Shown here: piece after piece, positions 1-10,338 of the stretch
Position numbering within the stretch: position 1 is the stretch's first letter
How the letters are laid out: each line of letters begins with the position of its first letter
Virus genome (UHGV): UHGV-0135630
Length of the DNA: 57,694 bases
Strand: one strand, 5' to 3'
Source: a virus
The notes under the pieces: model-generated
The model's database searches: none
The model's input: the letters and a program-made list of their open reading frames with translations, nothing else
What the model was told of the DNA's origin: nothing
Program-made: the position numbers and the translations under genes

Positions 1-258
1 ATTTTTACAACTGGCGAGTTTCATATCCAAGCTCTTTAATAGGAGCTTTTCGGCCATGATTTAACCACTATATTATGGCCATTTTTTACCCCCCCCCCCT
101 TATCTTCACTGAAAAATTTTGATAGCACGCAATAAGGGTTAGGAGTGATGTTAGATTTTCTTCAGGCCCATAGAATGATTCCATACTTACTATGTATGGA
201 ATCATTACTAAAAATGAGTTACTTTGACTCTTGATCCTATAAGAATCTATGCCTAATA

Positions 259-278
259 TACTGTTTACTTATACAGTG
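259..278. promoter_or_regulatory. candidate LexA box (tACTGTttacttatACAGtg, CTGT-N8-ACAG)
   Basis: Matches the SOS-box spacing, about 27 bp upstream of the recombinase ATG. Confidence 0.35.
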
Positions 279-304
279 TATCGACGTAACTCGGTGATTG
301 TCAT

Positions 305-1408
305 ATGAAAAATAGCTTTGACAGAGCACGCGCAGCGGAGAACACCTCAAAAGAGGCGATTGAGTATCTCGAAAGAGCATCTCAAATGCAGGCCGTTATG
401 ATCTCGCAGGTTAGCAATGACATGAGATTCTCAGACGCATTCATGTTATTCACTCGCTTATCTCTGCTGATAACAAGACGTCGACCAGAGATCGCTGTTC
501 ATTGTATTTTGATACATGTTTTGCCGCACATTGCAGATATAAAAGTAAGTGACATTAATAGGTTCATGGTGAACCAACTGGTCAACCCACTAATACTGGA
601 TGGCAAAATTGTTATGGGCCGCCGCGTTTTCTCTCTGATGAAGCAGTTCCTTAGCTGGTGTGCCTTCCAGGGGATGATCGACGTATCACCATTAAACGAT
701 ATGTCACTGAATAAAGTTGCCGGTGGCGCAAAGCCAACACCTCGCGAACGGAAGCTGACCGACGCAGAGGTATGGGTGTTCTGGAATATCTGGGACTACT
801 TCAATGTGTGCGCAGGTACAAAATGGGCAGCCAGGCTATGTCTTGTATCCGCAAGACGACCTGATGAAGTACTGCGGGCCAGAAAAAGTGAGTTCAACCT
901 TCAGCGTGGAGTTTGGAATCAAGGCAAGAGGAACAAATCTGCCCGTGAGCATTCGCTGCCTTTAAGCACATTAATGCGCACATGTATTGAAGAGTTGTTC
1001 GAATATGGTAAAGACAGCCAGTGGCTTGTGCCTTCGAATAAAAAAATCGGGAAAGACCTTCCTATGTCTAAAGTGGCAATAGCCCAGGCATTACGTCGTA
1101 TTCTGGAACGACCAGAACTGATGGAGCTTGAGCCATTTACACCCCGAGATTTGCGCCGTACTGCGCGTAGTTACTTCCCAGCATTAGGCATAAGCCAGGA
1201 GGTATCACGTAAAATCATGAACCACAGTCTTGAGGGGATAGATCGGGTCTACGACCGGCACGATTATATGGACGAGATGCGAGACGCCTTAGAAAGTTTC
1301 TCGACGTACATCGCATCAATCGTAGAGCAACCCGATTTAGACGAAATTGACCACAAATTTAAGGGAGATCGTCTATCAACAGAGCTTATTCGTGTAAATT
1401 TTTCATAG
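305..1408 (+). CDS. int: tyrosine recombinase / integrase (P4-like family), apparently lacking the N-terminal arm-binding domain
   Basis: 367 aa; C-terminal RDLRRTARSYF and NHSLEGIDRVYDRHDY resemble catalytic R-H-R-Y boxes; core-binding-like region upstream. Confidence 0.7.
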   Translation: MKNSFDRARAAENTSKEAIEYLERASQMQAVMISQVSNDMRFSDAFMLFTRLSLLITRRRPEIAVHCILIHVLPHIADIKVSDINRFMVNQLVNPLILDGKIVMGRRVFSLMKQFLSWCAFQGMIDVSPLNDMSLNKVAGGAKPTPRERKLTDAEVWVFWNIWDYFNVCAGTKWAARLCLVSARRPDEVLRARKSEFNLQRGVWNQGKRNKSAREHSLPLSTLMRTCIEELFEYGKDSQWLVPSNKKIGKDLPMSKVAIAQALRRILERPELMELEPFTPRDLRRTARSYFPALGISQEVSRKIMNHSLEGIDRVYDRHDYMDEMRDALESFSTYIASIVEQPDLDEIDHKFKGDRLSTELIRVNFS

Positions 1409-1789
1409 AGACTTTATGGCCTCAACAACCTTTTGTGATGCGCCTTTCTCTTTACCGAATCGCTCGTTATATGCAGCAAGAACCTGTTTTTCGTCCTCGT
1501 TAAGAGGAGCAGTGCCTTCTTTGTATAAAAATGCTGCGAGTTCGGGTTGGCGTTCTTCCAGCACCATCATCATAAGACGACTTGGCTCAATACCCAGTGC
1601 CAGCGCCAGCGGACGAACCTTATCGATAGGCAAAGGAATTTTGCCGCTTTTAATTAAAGAAAGGTTGTTGGCGTTTTTATACCCAATTGTTTTGGCTATC
1701 TGGGCCTGGCTCATAGGTGAGGATTCAATCAACCCTGCGATAAAAGCAGCGTAGCGACTTTCTATAAATTCAATCTTGTTATCAGACAT
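1403..1789 (-). CDS. HTH XRE-family transcriptional regulator
   Basis: 128 aa; N-terminal helix-turn-helix-like segment (MSQAQIAKTIGYKNANNLSLIKSGK); AAGG RBS before ATG. Confidence 0.6.
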   Translation of the reverse strand: MSDNKIEFIESRYAAFIAGLIESSPMSQAQIAKTIGYKNANNLSLIKSGKIPLPIDKVRPLALALGIEPSRLMMMVLEERQPELAAFLYKEGTAPLNEDEKQVLAAYNERFGKEKGASQKVVEAIKSL

Positions 1790-1820
1790 GGTTACAACCT
1801 TTGCGCGTTCAATTCTCTCT

Positions 1821-1834
1821 GGTAAGTGCTTACC
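1821..1834. promoter_or_regulatory. GGTAAGTGCTTACC palindrome (motif B) in the divergent regulator promoter region
   Basis: Inverted half-sites GGTAAG/CTTACC about 30 bp upstream of the regulator start; same motif recurs in at least 13 other intergenic spacers. Confidence 0.4.
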
Positions 1835-2040
1835 GATATTACATCAAAGGTTAGGGTTGTAAAGCTATTATCATTTTTTTCGATAGGCACTTAAAAGACC
1901 GGTTAAAGGCCATTGCACGGAGAAAAATTAGCCCAAAACAGGTAAGAAAATCAACTTGCATATGATATGAATGTATTCAGTATTGATACAAATTTTAGTA
2001 GTATTCCTTACCATAGTATAAGTTAGAATGGATTGATTGA

Positions 2041-2253
2041 ATGAACACCACTATTTCCAGCCTAATCGCTCTTGAGATCGGACACGTACAGAAATTAGCT
2101 GATGAGTGTGTAGCTGACATCCTCACCGATCTACCGAATGAGCAGATTCAGGTTGGTGTGAATGACACAACTGGATTTATATTCGAACTTAACAACAAAC
2201 GCTTCACGCTTCTCAATACCGGCTCCGGGTCTTTAGCCGTCAGAATCTGTTAA
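2041..2253 (+). CDS. hypothetical protein
   Basis: 70 aa ORF divergent from the regulator. Confidence 0.4.
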   Translation: MNTTISSLIALEIGHVQKLADECVADILTDLPNEQIQVGVNDTTGFIFELNNKRFTLLNTGSGSLAVRIC

Positions 2254-2351
2254 CCCCTCTTCTCCCTGCGCGAATGGCTTAGTTCCCTGTTCGCGCAGTG
2301 CTACATTAAACACACTAGTAAATAATTTGTTTTCATAACAAAGGATTAGCC

Positions 2352-4460
2352 ATGTCTAAAAAACGTTCCATCAAAGAGGTTCAGGACTTCCGTGACAGTG
2401 TAAAACGAGTAGTCGCTCTCCTTTCAGGTAAAAACATCCCTGTTGCAGAACGAGGAGACGACGCTTATGTACGCTATAACGATGATGGAGAGCCAATTCT
2501 CGTAAACATCCCATCAATCCCGGATAACGCAACACCGGCATTGATGAATGCTGTGCGCGGATTTCTCGATCATGAGGTTGCTCACATTTTGTTTACCGAT
2601 ATTCGTGTGTCCAACAAAATGAGAGAAAAAGGACGCGTTCCTTCCTGGTCGCTATGGAATGCCTTAGAAGACGTGTTCATCGAGCGAAAAATGGGTCAGG
2701 TCTTTAACGGAACAAGACGTAATCTGATGGCAACTCAGCGCCTTATAATCGAAAAAGTCTTTAAACCAAAGGCTTCAGAGGCTATTGCTTATTGTGGCAA
2801 AGATCAGCGCGCGCTTTTTCTAAACTTCTTTCTCTGTCCGGTTGTAAGAGCCTGGGATGGCCAAGCACCGTTCGTAGATTTCATGGATGAATATTGGCCT
2901 GTCATTGAGAAACCAATTTCATTATTAAAAGAACATGGTATCGATGTGGCCGTGCGTAACATGTCTTGCACCGAGGATTGTGTAAAGGTGGCTGCGACCA
3001 TAGCTAAGATCCTCAAAGACACTGAAAGTGAAAGCAAAGGTAAGGAGTCAGCTCCGGGAAAAACTTCCGATCCTTCAGACGCTGACCAGACGGATGCCTC
3101 TGGAGAAAACAATGAAGACAACGAAGATCATGAGACACCCTCATCGTTAGATAATCACAAATCTATTAAATCAGAGTCACATAGTAAGCACAAACATGAT
3201 AATAACGAAAGTGATGATTCAGATAATCCTGAATCATCAGAAACAATATTCGATGATACAGAAAATGATAAAGCGGTATCAGATTCTGATGCTTCTGATA
3301 ACGCGGCGTCAGAATCATTAACCGCTGACCACGAAAAAAGAAAAACGACAGAAGACGGCCCTTCAGACATTCCAACTCCGTCAAAAATGAGTCTGGAAGA
3401 GGCTTTAGAGGAGTTGGATAGCATGGAAGATGAAGTCGGAGGCATGACAGAAGATGCGCTATCCGAAACGATTAAAAGCGAGTTAACAGAAAGCTCGAAA
3501 AGCGAATACAGGCCATACAATCGCTCATACGACTTCATCGGCTCGATTGATCAGGCAGAAGCCCATATCAAACGGCTTATTAAAACATTCTCCGATATTG
3601 ATTTAGGTGGATATCCAATCAGCCGTTATCGCATCGTTCCTGAAGGCAACCAACTCTTCGACAAATATATTGAAAAGCACCTTTCGTCAGGTGTTTCGTC
3701 GACGCTGGCAAAAGACCTGGAACGTGCAATAGCAAGCAGAAACAGAGTTCAGTTTATACCTGGCCAGCGTCGGGGGCGCATTCATGGTTCAAGTATCTAC
3801 AGATTAACAATGAATGATGATCGCGTGTTTCGTAAAAAAGAAGAATCTAAAGCCGTTAACGCCTGTGTTCAACAAGTGATTGATTTATCGGGTTCAATGA
3901 GTGGCAAAACGATAAAACTAGCTCTTGCAAGTGCATATACCATCGCCGATGCACTTGATCGAATAAATGTTCCCAACATTATCACCGGCTTCACTACATT
4001 TGGCAGTCATATGGCAGCAGGAGAACTTAAGGCTATCAAATATGAGTTCTCTCGCTTTGAATCTTTAATGCTACCTATCATCAAAAATTGGAATGAAAAA
4101 GCAAATTCTCGCGAAGTTCGCTCACGTATGGGGTGCGTAGGCTACACATTCCCACTTCTTAATAACGTGGATGGTGAAAGCATAGCCAGCCTTGCATCGT
4201 TATTTTCCGGTCGCTTGGAGGACAGGAAGATCATGCTTGTTCTGAGCGATGGCGCGCCGTGGGCTGTTGGGAGAGGTTTTGACGCCCATTTGCGTTCGGT
4301 TACGAAGCAAATTGAAACGCAGACTGACATTGATTTGATGGCAATTGGCATCATGACTGATGCACCGGAGAGATTTTACGCAAATCATGCCCTGGTAACT
4401 AGTGTTGATAGTCTTGGTTCATCTGTAGTTACTGAACTATCTCGTATCATTTTGAAGTAA
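2352..4460 (+). CDS. von Willebrand factor A domain protein (CobT-like) with acidic linker
   Basis: 702 aa; MIDAS-like VIDLSGSMSG; long D/E/S-rich low-complexity middle; HEVAH (HExxH-like) near N-terminus. Confidence 0.65.
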   Translation: MSKKRSIKEVQDFRDSVKRVVALLSGKNIPVAERGDDAYVRYNDDGEPILVNIPSIPDNATPALMNAVRGFLDHEVAHILFTDIRVSNKMREKGRVPSWSLWNALEDVFIERKMGQVFNGTRRNLMATQRLIIEKVFKPKASEAIAYCGKDQRALFLNFFLCPVVRAWDGQAPFVDFMDEYWPVIEKPISLLKEHGIDVAVRNMSCTEDCVKVAATIAKILKDTESESKGKESAPGKTSDPSDADQTDASGENNEDNEDHETPSSLDNHKSIKSESHSKHKHDNNESDDSDNPESSETIFDDTENDKAVSDSDASDNAASESLTADHEKRKTTEDGPSDIPTPSKMSLEEALEELDSMEDEVGGMTEDALSETIKSELTESSKSEYRPYNRSYDFIGSIDQAEAHIKRLIKTFSDIDLGGYPISRYRIVPEGNQLFDKYIEKHLSSGVSSTLAKDLERAIASRNRVQFIPGQRRGRIHGSSIYRLTMNDDRVFRKKEESKAVNACVQQVIDLSGSMSGKTIKLALASAYTIADALDRINVPNIITGFTTFGSHMAAGELKAIKYEFSRFESLMLPIIKNWNEKANSREVRSRMGCVGYTFPLLNNVDGESIASLASLFSGRLEDRKIMLVLSDGAPWAVGRGFDAHLRSVTKQIETQTDIDLMAIGIMTDAPERFYANHALVTSVDSLGSSVVTELSRIILK

Positions 4461-4555
4461 TTAAAACAGCCTTAATGATAAGTAACTACTTACCATAGTT
4501 AATGGTATATTTATATAAGAACTTGAACGCTCATTAGAGAACAAAGGAAAAGCGC

Positions 4556-5791
4556 ATGACTACTACTGCACTGCAAAATGATAAAAATCCTTCTGATTAC
4601 CTTGTTTGCAAGTGGTGCGGCAAATCATTTCACTATTTTAAGTCCCATGTAGCCAATGGTAATTGCGAGGGCATTCCTGAGTCAGTAAAAGATGCCGATC
4701 CTGACACCGTACTGAAAATGTACACAACGCAGTTTCCAGATGAACCAACGCTATCGAAAAAGGCACTTGATGCAATTCAAGCTAAACGTGCCGAGCAAAA
4801 AAGCGAAATGGCGAAATCTTCTGGCTTGACCAGTAGCCCAGGCTACACAGGCACAGTTGAGTACAAGACAGATCTGGTCGCAGCTCACGAACTGCTAAAC
4901 GTAACGGTGGAAGAACTCGGAACAAAACGTGGGACGCCGCTCATGGTTAGCGTCAACGTCAATACGCCGTATCCAGAGTTCGTTCCAGAAGTGAAGAAGG
5001 GCTACGTATATGGCGACTTCGAACTGATCAAAGATATTTTCATGATGCTTGAACTTGGCATACCTGGCTATTTGTGGGGTCATGCAGGAACAGGCAAATC
5101 GTCATTGCCTACACAGCTATGTGCTTTGCTCAATCGTCCGTTGATCCGTGCCCAACATACAGCATCAATGGAAGAGGCACATGTTACGGGGCAAATTCTG
5201 GCGCGTGATGGCTCTACGTATTTCGAGCCTGGCTTGCTTGCGCTCGCAATGAAGCATGGCTGGGTTTACCTCGCGGATGAATACGACTTTGCGTTTCCAC
5301 AAATTCTTGGCGTGTATCAGCCAGTGCTGGAAGGTGAGGCGTTGGTCATCAAAGAGGCAAATCCAGAATGGCGTCGCATTACTCCGCATGAACGGTTTGC
5401 TTTCATTGGCACTGGCAACACAAACGGTTCTGGTGATGAAACCGGCTTGTACCAGGGTACAAACATCCAGAACGCCGCGAACTTTTCACGTTTTGGCATC
5501 GTTTCGAATGTGAAATACATGAGCAAAGAGGCAGAGATCAACATGTTGATAAATGCCGGCATCGTGGATGAATACGCTGAAAAGATGGTTAAGTTTGCCG
5601 GTATCGTTCGCGATGGATATGAAGAACACCTTATCAGCCAGCCAATTGGGCCTCGTGAGCTTTTGTTGTCGGCCAAGATTGGAATGATGCGAGGCGACTT
5701 TGTGACAGGTATTGAGCGTTCTTTCATTAACAAACTCCCTTCAGCTTCTGCGCAAGCGGCTCGTGAAGTTGTTCAAAAAATATTTGGTTAA
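4556..5791 (+). CDS. AAA+ ATPase (CobS/MoxR-like)
   Basis: 411 aa; Walker A GHAGTGKSS, Walker B VYLADEYD; Cys/His cluster at N-terminus; directly downstream of the vWA gene. Confidence 0.7.
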   Translation: MTTTALQNDKNPSDYLVCKWCGKSFHYFKSHVANGNCEGIPESVKDADPDTVLKMYTTQFPDEPTLSKKALDAIQAKRAEQKSEMAKSSGLTSSPGYTGTVEYKTDLVAAHELLNVTVEELGTKRGTPLMVSVNVNTPYPEFVPEVKKGYVYGDFELIKDIFMMLELGIPGYLWGHAGTGKSSLPTQLCALLNRPLIRAQHTASMEEAHVTGQILARDGSTYFEPGLLALAMKHGWVYLADEYDFAFPQILGVYQPVLEGEALVIKEANPEWRRITPHERFAFIGTGNTNGSGDETGLYQGTNIQNAANFSRFGIVSNVKYMSKEAEINMLINAGIVDEYAEKMVKFAGIVRDGYEEHLISQPIGPRELLLSAKIGMMRGDFVTGIERSFINKLPSASAQAAREVVQKIFG

Positions 5792-5793
5792 TC

Positions 5794-5997
5794 GTGCGTA
5801 AAGGATGTTTCGGCTCTCTTATCGCTGCTTCTGAAACTGGCAAGGCTTGTCTGGGGTGTCCAGACAAGCCCGATTGTCACCAATCAGCAAAAGAAGTTGC
5901 GATTTCGATGTATGGGAAGTTCGTAGGCTTCCCCAATGACAAAATCAAAAAAACCAGAAAGGTAAAAACACATGAAGGCACTGATGGTTCGAACTGA
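5794..5997 (+). CDS. hypothetical small Cys-rich protein (GTG start, uncertain)
   Basis: 67 aa ORF without a clear RBS; overlaps the polymerase start. Confidence 0.25.
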   Translation: MRKGCFGSLIAASETGKACLGCPDKPDCHQSAKEVAISMYGKFVGFPNDKIKKTRKVKTHEGTDGSN

Positions 5998-8900
5998 CTT
6001 CTCACTTGGGGAGTCGGCTCTAAAAGCAGAAAACGCGGTGAAGATTGCCAGAGAAGCTGGCTACACCGCTGTAATTTCAGCAGATAGCATGAATATTGCA
6101 AGTGTTATTCCACTACAACGTGCCGCTGGTGACGACATGGCGGTTATTTGTGGTGTGAAACTAAACATTGTTGATGATCCCACATACGAGCACCGGGCTA
6201 AACTTGCTAAAGAATCTATGAGATGTATGGAATCATTAGAGCGGGGACGTAACTACTCGTTTACCGCTCTAATTAAAAATGAGCAAGGATATCGCGACAT
6301 CTGCGAACTAATGACGGCGGCCAACACACGAGAACAGTTCTACTTTGTACCGCGTCTCTCGCTCGAACAGTTGGTTTCTACATATGCCAAAGGCAACATC
6401 ATCCTGCTTACTTCCGACATCGGTAGCGTGTTCCAACGCAACGATTTTGCAAAAATCATAAGCACACTGATTACAGCGGGTGGAAAAGACAACTTCTATA
6501 GTGTGGTTTATCCGCACCCTACCCCATTCTACGACCAGATTAACGTCCGGGCGATGAAAGTCGCCAGCGCATTGAAAATAGAGCCAGTGGCGTTCTATCC
6601 CGCTTATTACGAATCGATCGACGATGCAGACATTAAAGACATCGCGCACATGGTTACGAACAACATCAAAATCGACCAGCCGCATCGTCTGCGTATCCCC
6701 CACCAGCGAGATAACGCCGTCAATGGTCGCCGCCATCTCCTTGAGGCGCTTAAAGCCTTCTCCGTTCGCATGGATGTGCCTGTAACAGCTGCAATGGCCT
6801 CAACAACGCAGGATACCATTATCGATTCCTGCACATGGCGCTGGCATGAATTGCCACCAGCACTGCCAAAGATGGCAGACGACGAGCCTGCAACGCTTAT
6901 GAAACTGGCTGTTGCAGGGCTGCGTAAACGTCTTACCACAAAAGAGTTTGGCTACACACCACCTGCTTCTGAGAACAGGGTTTATGTTGAGCGGCTAAAG
7001 TACGAAATGGACACGCTGACTCGCCTGGGATTTTGTGGTTACTTCCTGATGGTACGCGATCTGATGAATCATAGTCGTGAAACTGGCATTCCCGTTGGGC
7101 CTGGTCGTGGTTCCTCTGCCGGTTCTCTGGTGGCGTGGTGCATAGGCATAACCAACGTCGACCCAATCCGTCACGGTCTTCTGTTTGAGCGTTTCATCAA
7201 CCCTGAGCGTCTCGACTTGCCGGATGCGGACTTGGACTTCAGCCAGGCACGTCGCCATGAGGTGATCGAGTATCTGAATGAACGCTACGGCGAAGATTAC
7301 GTTGCGGGTATTCCGAACTTCACCTACCTGGGCGCAGCCTCTGCACTACGTGATACCGCTCGTATTTATGGTGTGGAGTCCGCAGATATGGCGGTATCAA
7401 AAGAACTGAAGAACGCTGAGGATGATAGCCTTCCATTGGAAGAACTGCGCGAACAACTGGCAAGTCTCGACAAATACGCAACAAAATATCCTGATGCATT
7501 CAATGCAGCCTGCAAGTTACAAAGCCTTATGCGTGGCTTTGGTAGACATGCGGCAGGGATGATCGTAGCAGGTGTTCCTCTGACAGAACGTACACCGGTT
7601 GAGCGCCGTGGTGACGCGCGTTGTATCGCATTTGACAAGCGTTACTGCGAGGCTATGGGCCTAATTAAGCTGGACGTGCTTGGCCTGGCAACTCTCGATT
7701 TGCTCGATAGTGCAAAACGCTACATAAAAGAGAACACAGGTGAAGATATCAATCTTGATGCCATTTCTCTTGAAGATCGCAAGGTGCTGGATGGTTTTGC
7801 TGCTGGGTACACTCAAGGTGTTTTCCAGCTTGAATCAGGCCCAATGCGCAAGCTGCTTAAAGATTTAGGTGGTGGAATTGAGCCAATGAGCTTTAAAACG
7901 GTCGTCGCTACAACTGCGCTCTTCCGGCCGGGGCCAATTCAATCAGGCATGTTGGATGACTATGTTTCTGTCGCCAAAGGCTTTATGACGCCGGAATCAT
8001 TACACCCCGTTCTTGATGAACTTACCGCGGAAACAAATGGCGTGATTCTCTATCAGGAACAGACGATGAACGCGACTCGATTGCTTGCCGGCTTCACAAT
8101 GGCTGAAGCTGACGCTGTGCGTTCCGCAATCGGTAAGAAGAACATGGAAAAAATGAAGAGCATGGGCGAGAAGTTCATCGTTCAGGCTCAAGCTGGCTGG
8201 ATAGACGTTGAGCTGGAAGATGGCACTACACAGCGCATTCACCGTGCGGAACATTTTAAATGCGAAGACGGAACTCTGAAAACTGTCGAAGAGGCACTTG
8301 AGCACGGCGCAAAACTACCTATAAACGCAGTACGCGTTACAGCGTCACATCCAGGGCTATCAGAGATGAAAGCGAAGGAGATCTGGACCGCATTTGAGAA
8401 AAACGGAGCCTATCAGTTCAATAAATCACACTCCGTTGCTTATTCTTTAATCAGTTATCAGTCTATGTGGCTAAAGACGCACTACCCTGCTGAGTTCTTC
8501 GCAGCTGCGCTCACCATTCTGGGCGAGGATAAGCATCAGGGGCTGGTGAAGGATGCGCTGACCTATGGCATTCGCGTATTGCCACCAGACGTTAATGTGT
8601 CATCTAACCGAATTGAGATCCGCACACTCGAAGACGGCAGTCAGGCACTGTATGCGCCATTCTCTGCTGTGAAAGGCTGTTCTGAAAATGGTTGTCAGGC
8701 AATTATGCGTGCGCGTGAGAAAGTTGGTGGCAAATTCGAGTCAGTGGCACAATTCGATGAAGCGGTCGAGAAGCGTGCATGTAACAGTCGTGTACGCGAG
8801 TCGCTTCATAAAGTAGGGGCTTTTGCGTCAATTGAGCCAGGCAGTCTGCCAGCAACTGATCCTGAACGACTGCGCGACCAGGCTGAGCTGATGGGCAATC

Positions 8901-9490
8901 TCATCATTGACGCTGTTAAAGCATCACGTCCGTTCGAAATGAATCCTAAGCGTTCTGCCGAAATCAACGTACTCATGACACGTATGGCGGCTGAAATGGG
9001 CTTGGGTGAGGAGTTGATACGCCCGACTATTGGTATTAAACCCAAAATCATGATCATTCTGGACAATGCGAACGGCAATGACGCTCGTACCGGCTACTTC
9101 ATGGAGAACGGATACGACGACTTTAAGGCAAAACTACTGACAGTTGGAGATCTGCGCATGGGCGATCTTTATGTCACGGGTGTTTGTAAGAAGGTTAAGG
9201 ACAAAGAGAAAGACTATACCAAAGACGAGATAGGCCAGTTCACAGACTTTATGCGGGAAGAAATTAATCTTGTACGACCAACCTACATTTTGACGTGTGG
9301 TAGTCGTTCAACCGCACTATTTAACAATAAGAGTAAACCATCAGATCTGATTGGTCGTAAGGAGTACTTCCCAGAGCTTGATGCAACCGTCTTCTACGGA
9401 TTTAACCCGAATATCCTGTACTTCCGACCGGAAGAAGGAGAGCGACTGGAGGCCATTCTGGCTGATATCGCGGAGACAATAAATAAGTAA
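5972..9490 (+). CDS. dnaE: DNA polymerase III alpha subunit-like replicative polymerase (PHP domain + Pol III alpha core)
   Basis: 1172 aa; GFCGYFLMVRDL...GPGRGSSAGSLVAWCIGITNVDP and FERFINPERLDLPDADLDF are DnaE hallmarks. Confidence 0.85.
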   Translation: MKALMVRTDFSLGESALKAENAVKIAREAGYTAVISADSMNIASVIPLQRAAGDDMAVICGVKLNIVDDPTYEHRAKLAKESMRCMESLERGRNYSFTALIKNEQGYRDICELMTAANTREQFYFVPRLSLEQLVSTYAKGNIILLTSDIGSVFQRNDFAKIISTLITAGGKDNFYSVVYPHPTPFYDQINVRAMKVASALKIEPVAFYPAYYESIDDADIKDIAHMVTNNIKIDQPHRLRIPHQRDNAVNGRRHLLEALKAFSVRMDVPVTAAMASTTQDTIIDSCTWRWHELPPALPKMADDEPATLMKLAVAGLRKRLTTKEFGYTPPASENRVYVERLKYEMDTLTRLGFCGYFLMVRDLMNHSRETGIPVGPGRGSSAGSLVAWCIGITNVDPIRHGLLFERFINPERLDLPDADLDFSQARRHEVIEYLNERYGEDYVAGIPNFTYLGAASALRDTARIYGVESADMAVSKELKNAEDDSLPLEELREQLASLDKYATKYPDAFNAACKLQSLMRGFGRHAAGMIVAGVPLTERTPVERRGDARCIAFDKRYCEAMGLIKLDVLGLATLDLLDSAKRYIKENTGEDINLDAISLEDRKVLDGFAAGYTQGVFQLESGPMRKLLKDLGGGIEPMSFKTVVATTALFRPGPIQSGMLDDYVSVAKGFMTPESLHPVLDELTAETNGVILYQEQTMNATRLLAGFTMAEADAVRSAIGKKNMEKMKSMGEKFIVQAQAGWIDVELEDGTTQRIHRAEHFKCEDGTLKTVEEALEHGAKLPINAVRVTASHPGLSEMKAKEIWTAFEKNGAYQFNKSHSVAYSLISYQSMWLKTHYPAEFFAAALTILGEDKHQGLVKDALTYGIRVLPPDVNVSSNRIEIRTLEDGSQALYAPFSAVKGCSENGCQAIMRAREKVGGKFESVAQFDEAVEKRACNSRVRESLHKVGAFASIEPGSLPATDPERLRDQAELMGNLIIDAVKASRPFEMNPKRSAEINVLMTRMAAEMGLGEELIRPTIGIKPKIMIILDNANGNDARTGYFMENGYDDFKAKLLTVGDLRMGDLYVTGVCKKVKDKEKDYTKDEIGQFTDFMREEINLVRPTYILTCGSRSTALFNNKSKPSDLIGRKEYFPELDATVFYGFNPNILYFRPEEGERLEAILADIAETINK

Positions 9491-9496
9491 TAAAGA

Positions 9497-9520
9497 AAAC
9501 CCGCCTGTTGGCGGGTTTAT
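9497..9520 (+). terminator. rho-independent terminator after the polymerase gene
   Basis: aaaacccgcctgttggcgggttt hairpin followed by T/A-rich tract. Confidence 0.5.
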
Positions 9521-9793
9521 AAAGAATTATGGCGCTTGTTGAGGAAGTCACTCCTCTTACGCACTTTGTTTTGCCATGCCGGCAGTTAGCTTCTGCCTTT
9601 GACTATTCATGCGGCAACCCCGCATTTCGCCACAATGGGCAATTCACTTTTATGGAATAAACTGGCCGTTGTGTCGATTTAATTAGCATGGCCTTACCAT
9701 GCTAATTTATTCAACTTGTACAATCCTACAAATCTATCCACTCAGGCTTACACCGTCTTCGTTATTGTAGAAATGAGGATCATCAGCGTTGAA

Positions 9794-10009
9794 TCAGCTT
9801 AGAGCAACGACATTTGCTGCTGCTGGGCCTTTAGCCCCATTCTCGATAGAGAATTCGACCTGCTGGCCTTCTTCCAAAGTGCGGAAATTATTACTCTGAA
9901 TTGCCGAAAAATGTACAAAAACATCTTTACTGCCATCAGCAGGAGAAATAAAGCCAAAGCCTTTATCAGAGTTAAACCATTTTACTAAACCAGTCATTTT
10001 ATTAGACAT
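9794..10009 (-). CDS. cspA: cold-shock protein, CspA family
   Basis: [37 protein letters not shown] is near-identical in pattern to E. coli CspA; start moved to the internal Met of the 103 aa ORF. Confidence 0.85.
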   Translation of the reverse strand: MSNKMTGLVKWFNSDKGFGFISPADGSKDVFVHFSAIQSNNFRTLEEGQQVEFSIENGAKGPAAANVVALS

Positions 10010-10338
10010 AGATATTACCTTCTTAATTTTGTGAGCCACATAGTGCGGCGAGAATTTGATCTGTATAGATTGGGACTTACTTAGGCACTTAAGGAGGAGA
10101 CTCACGAAGAAGGGAAATCAGAAGATAACACTGAACTGAGACTGCTTTACTAAAACTGCTTACATAAGGTCTGTCTTGCAAACCAACGATGCTATTAACG
10201 CATACCCCTTCTTTTCATGCAACCTTTATTTTTCAAAGATAACTAATTTTTGTCACCATTGGTTTAGTAAACGTTAACGAACCAGACGATGCCAGACACC
10301 ATTACAGAGAACAGATGCCCGCCAATTGGCGGGCATCA

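Noticed and set aside
180-212. 12-bp perfect inverted repeat (AATGATTCCATA...TATGGAATCATT) as an attachment or recombination site.
   Set aside because: No matching direct repeat elsewhere in the window and no tRNA target; function cannot be supported from sequence alone.
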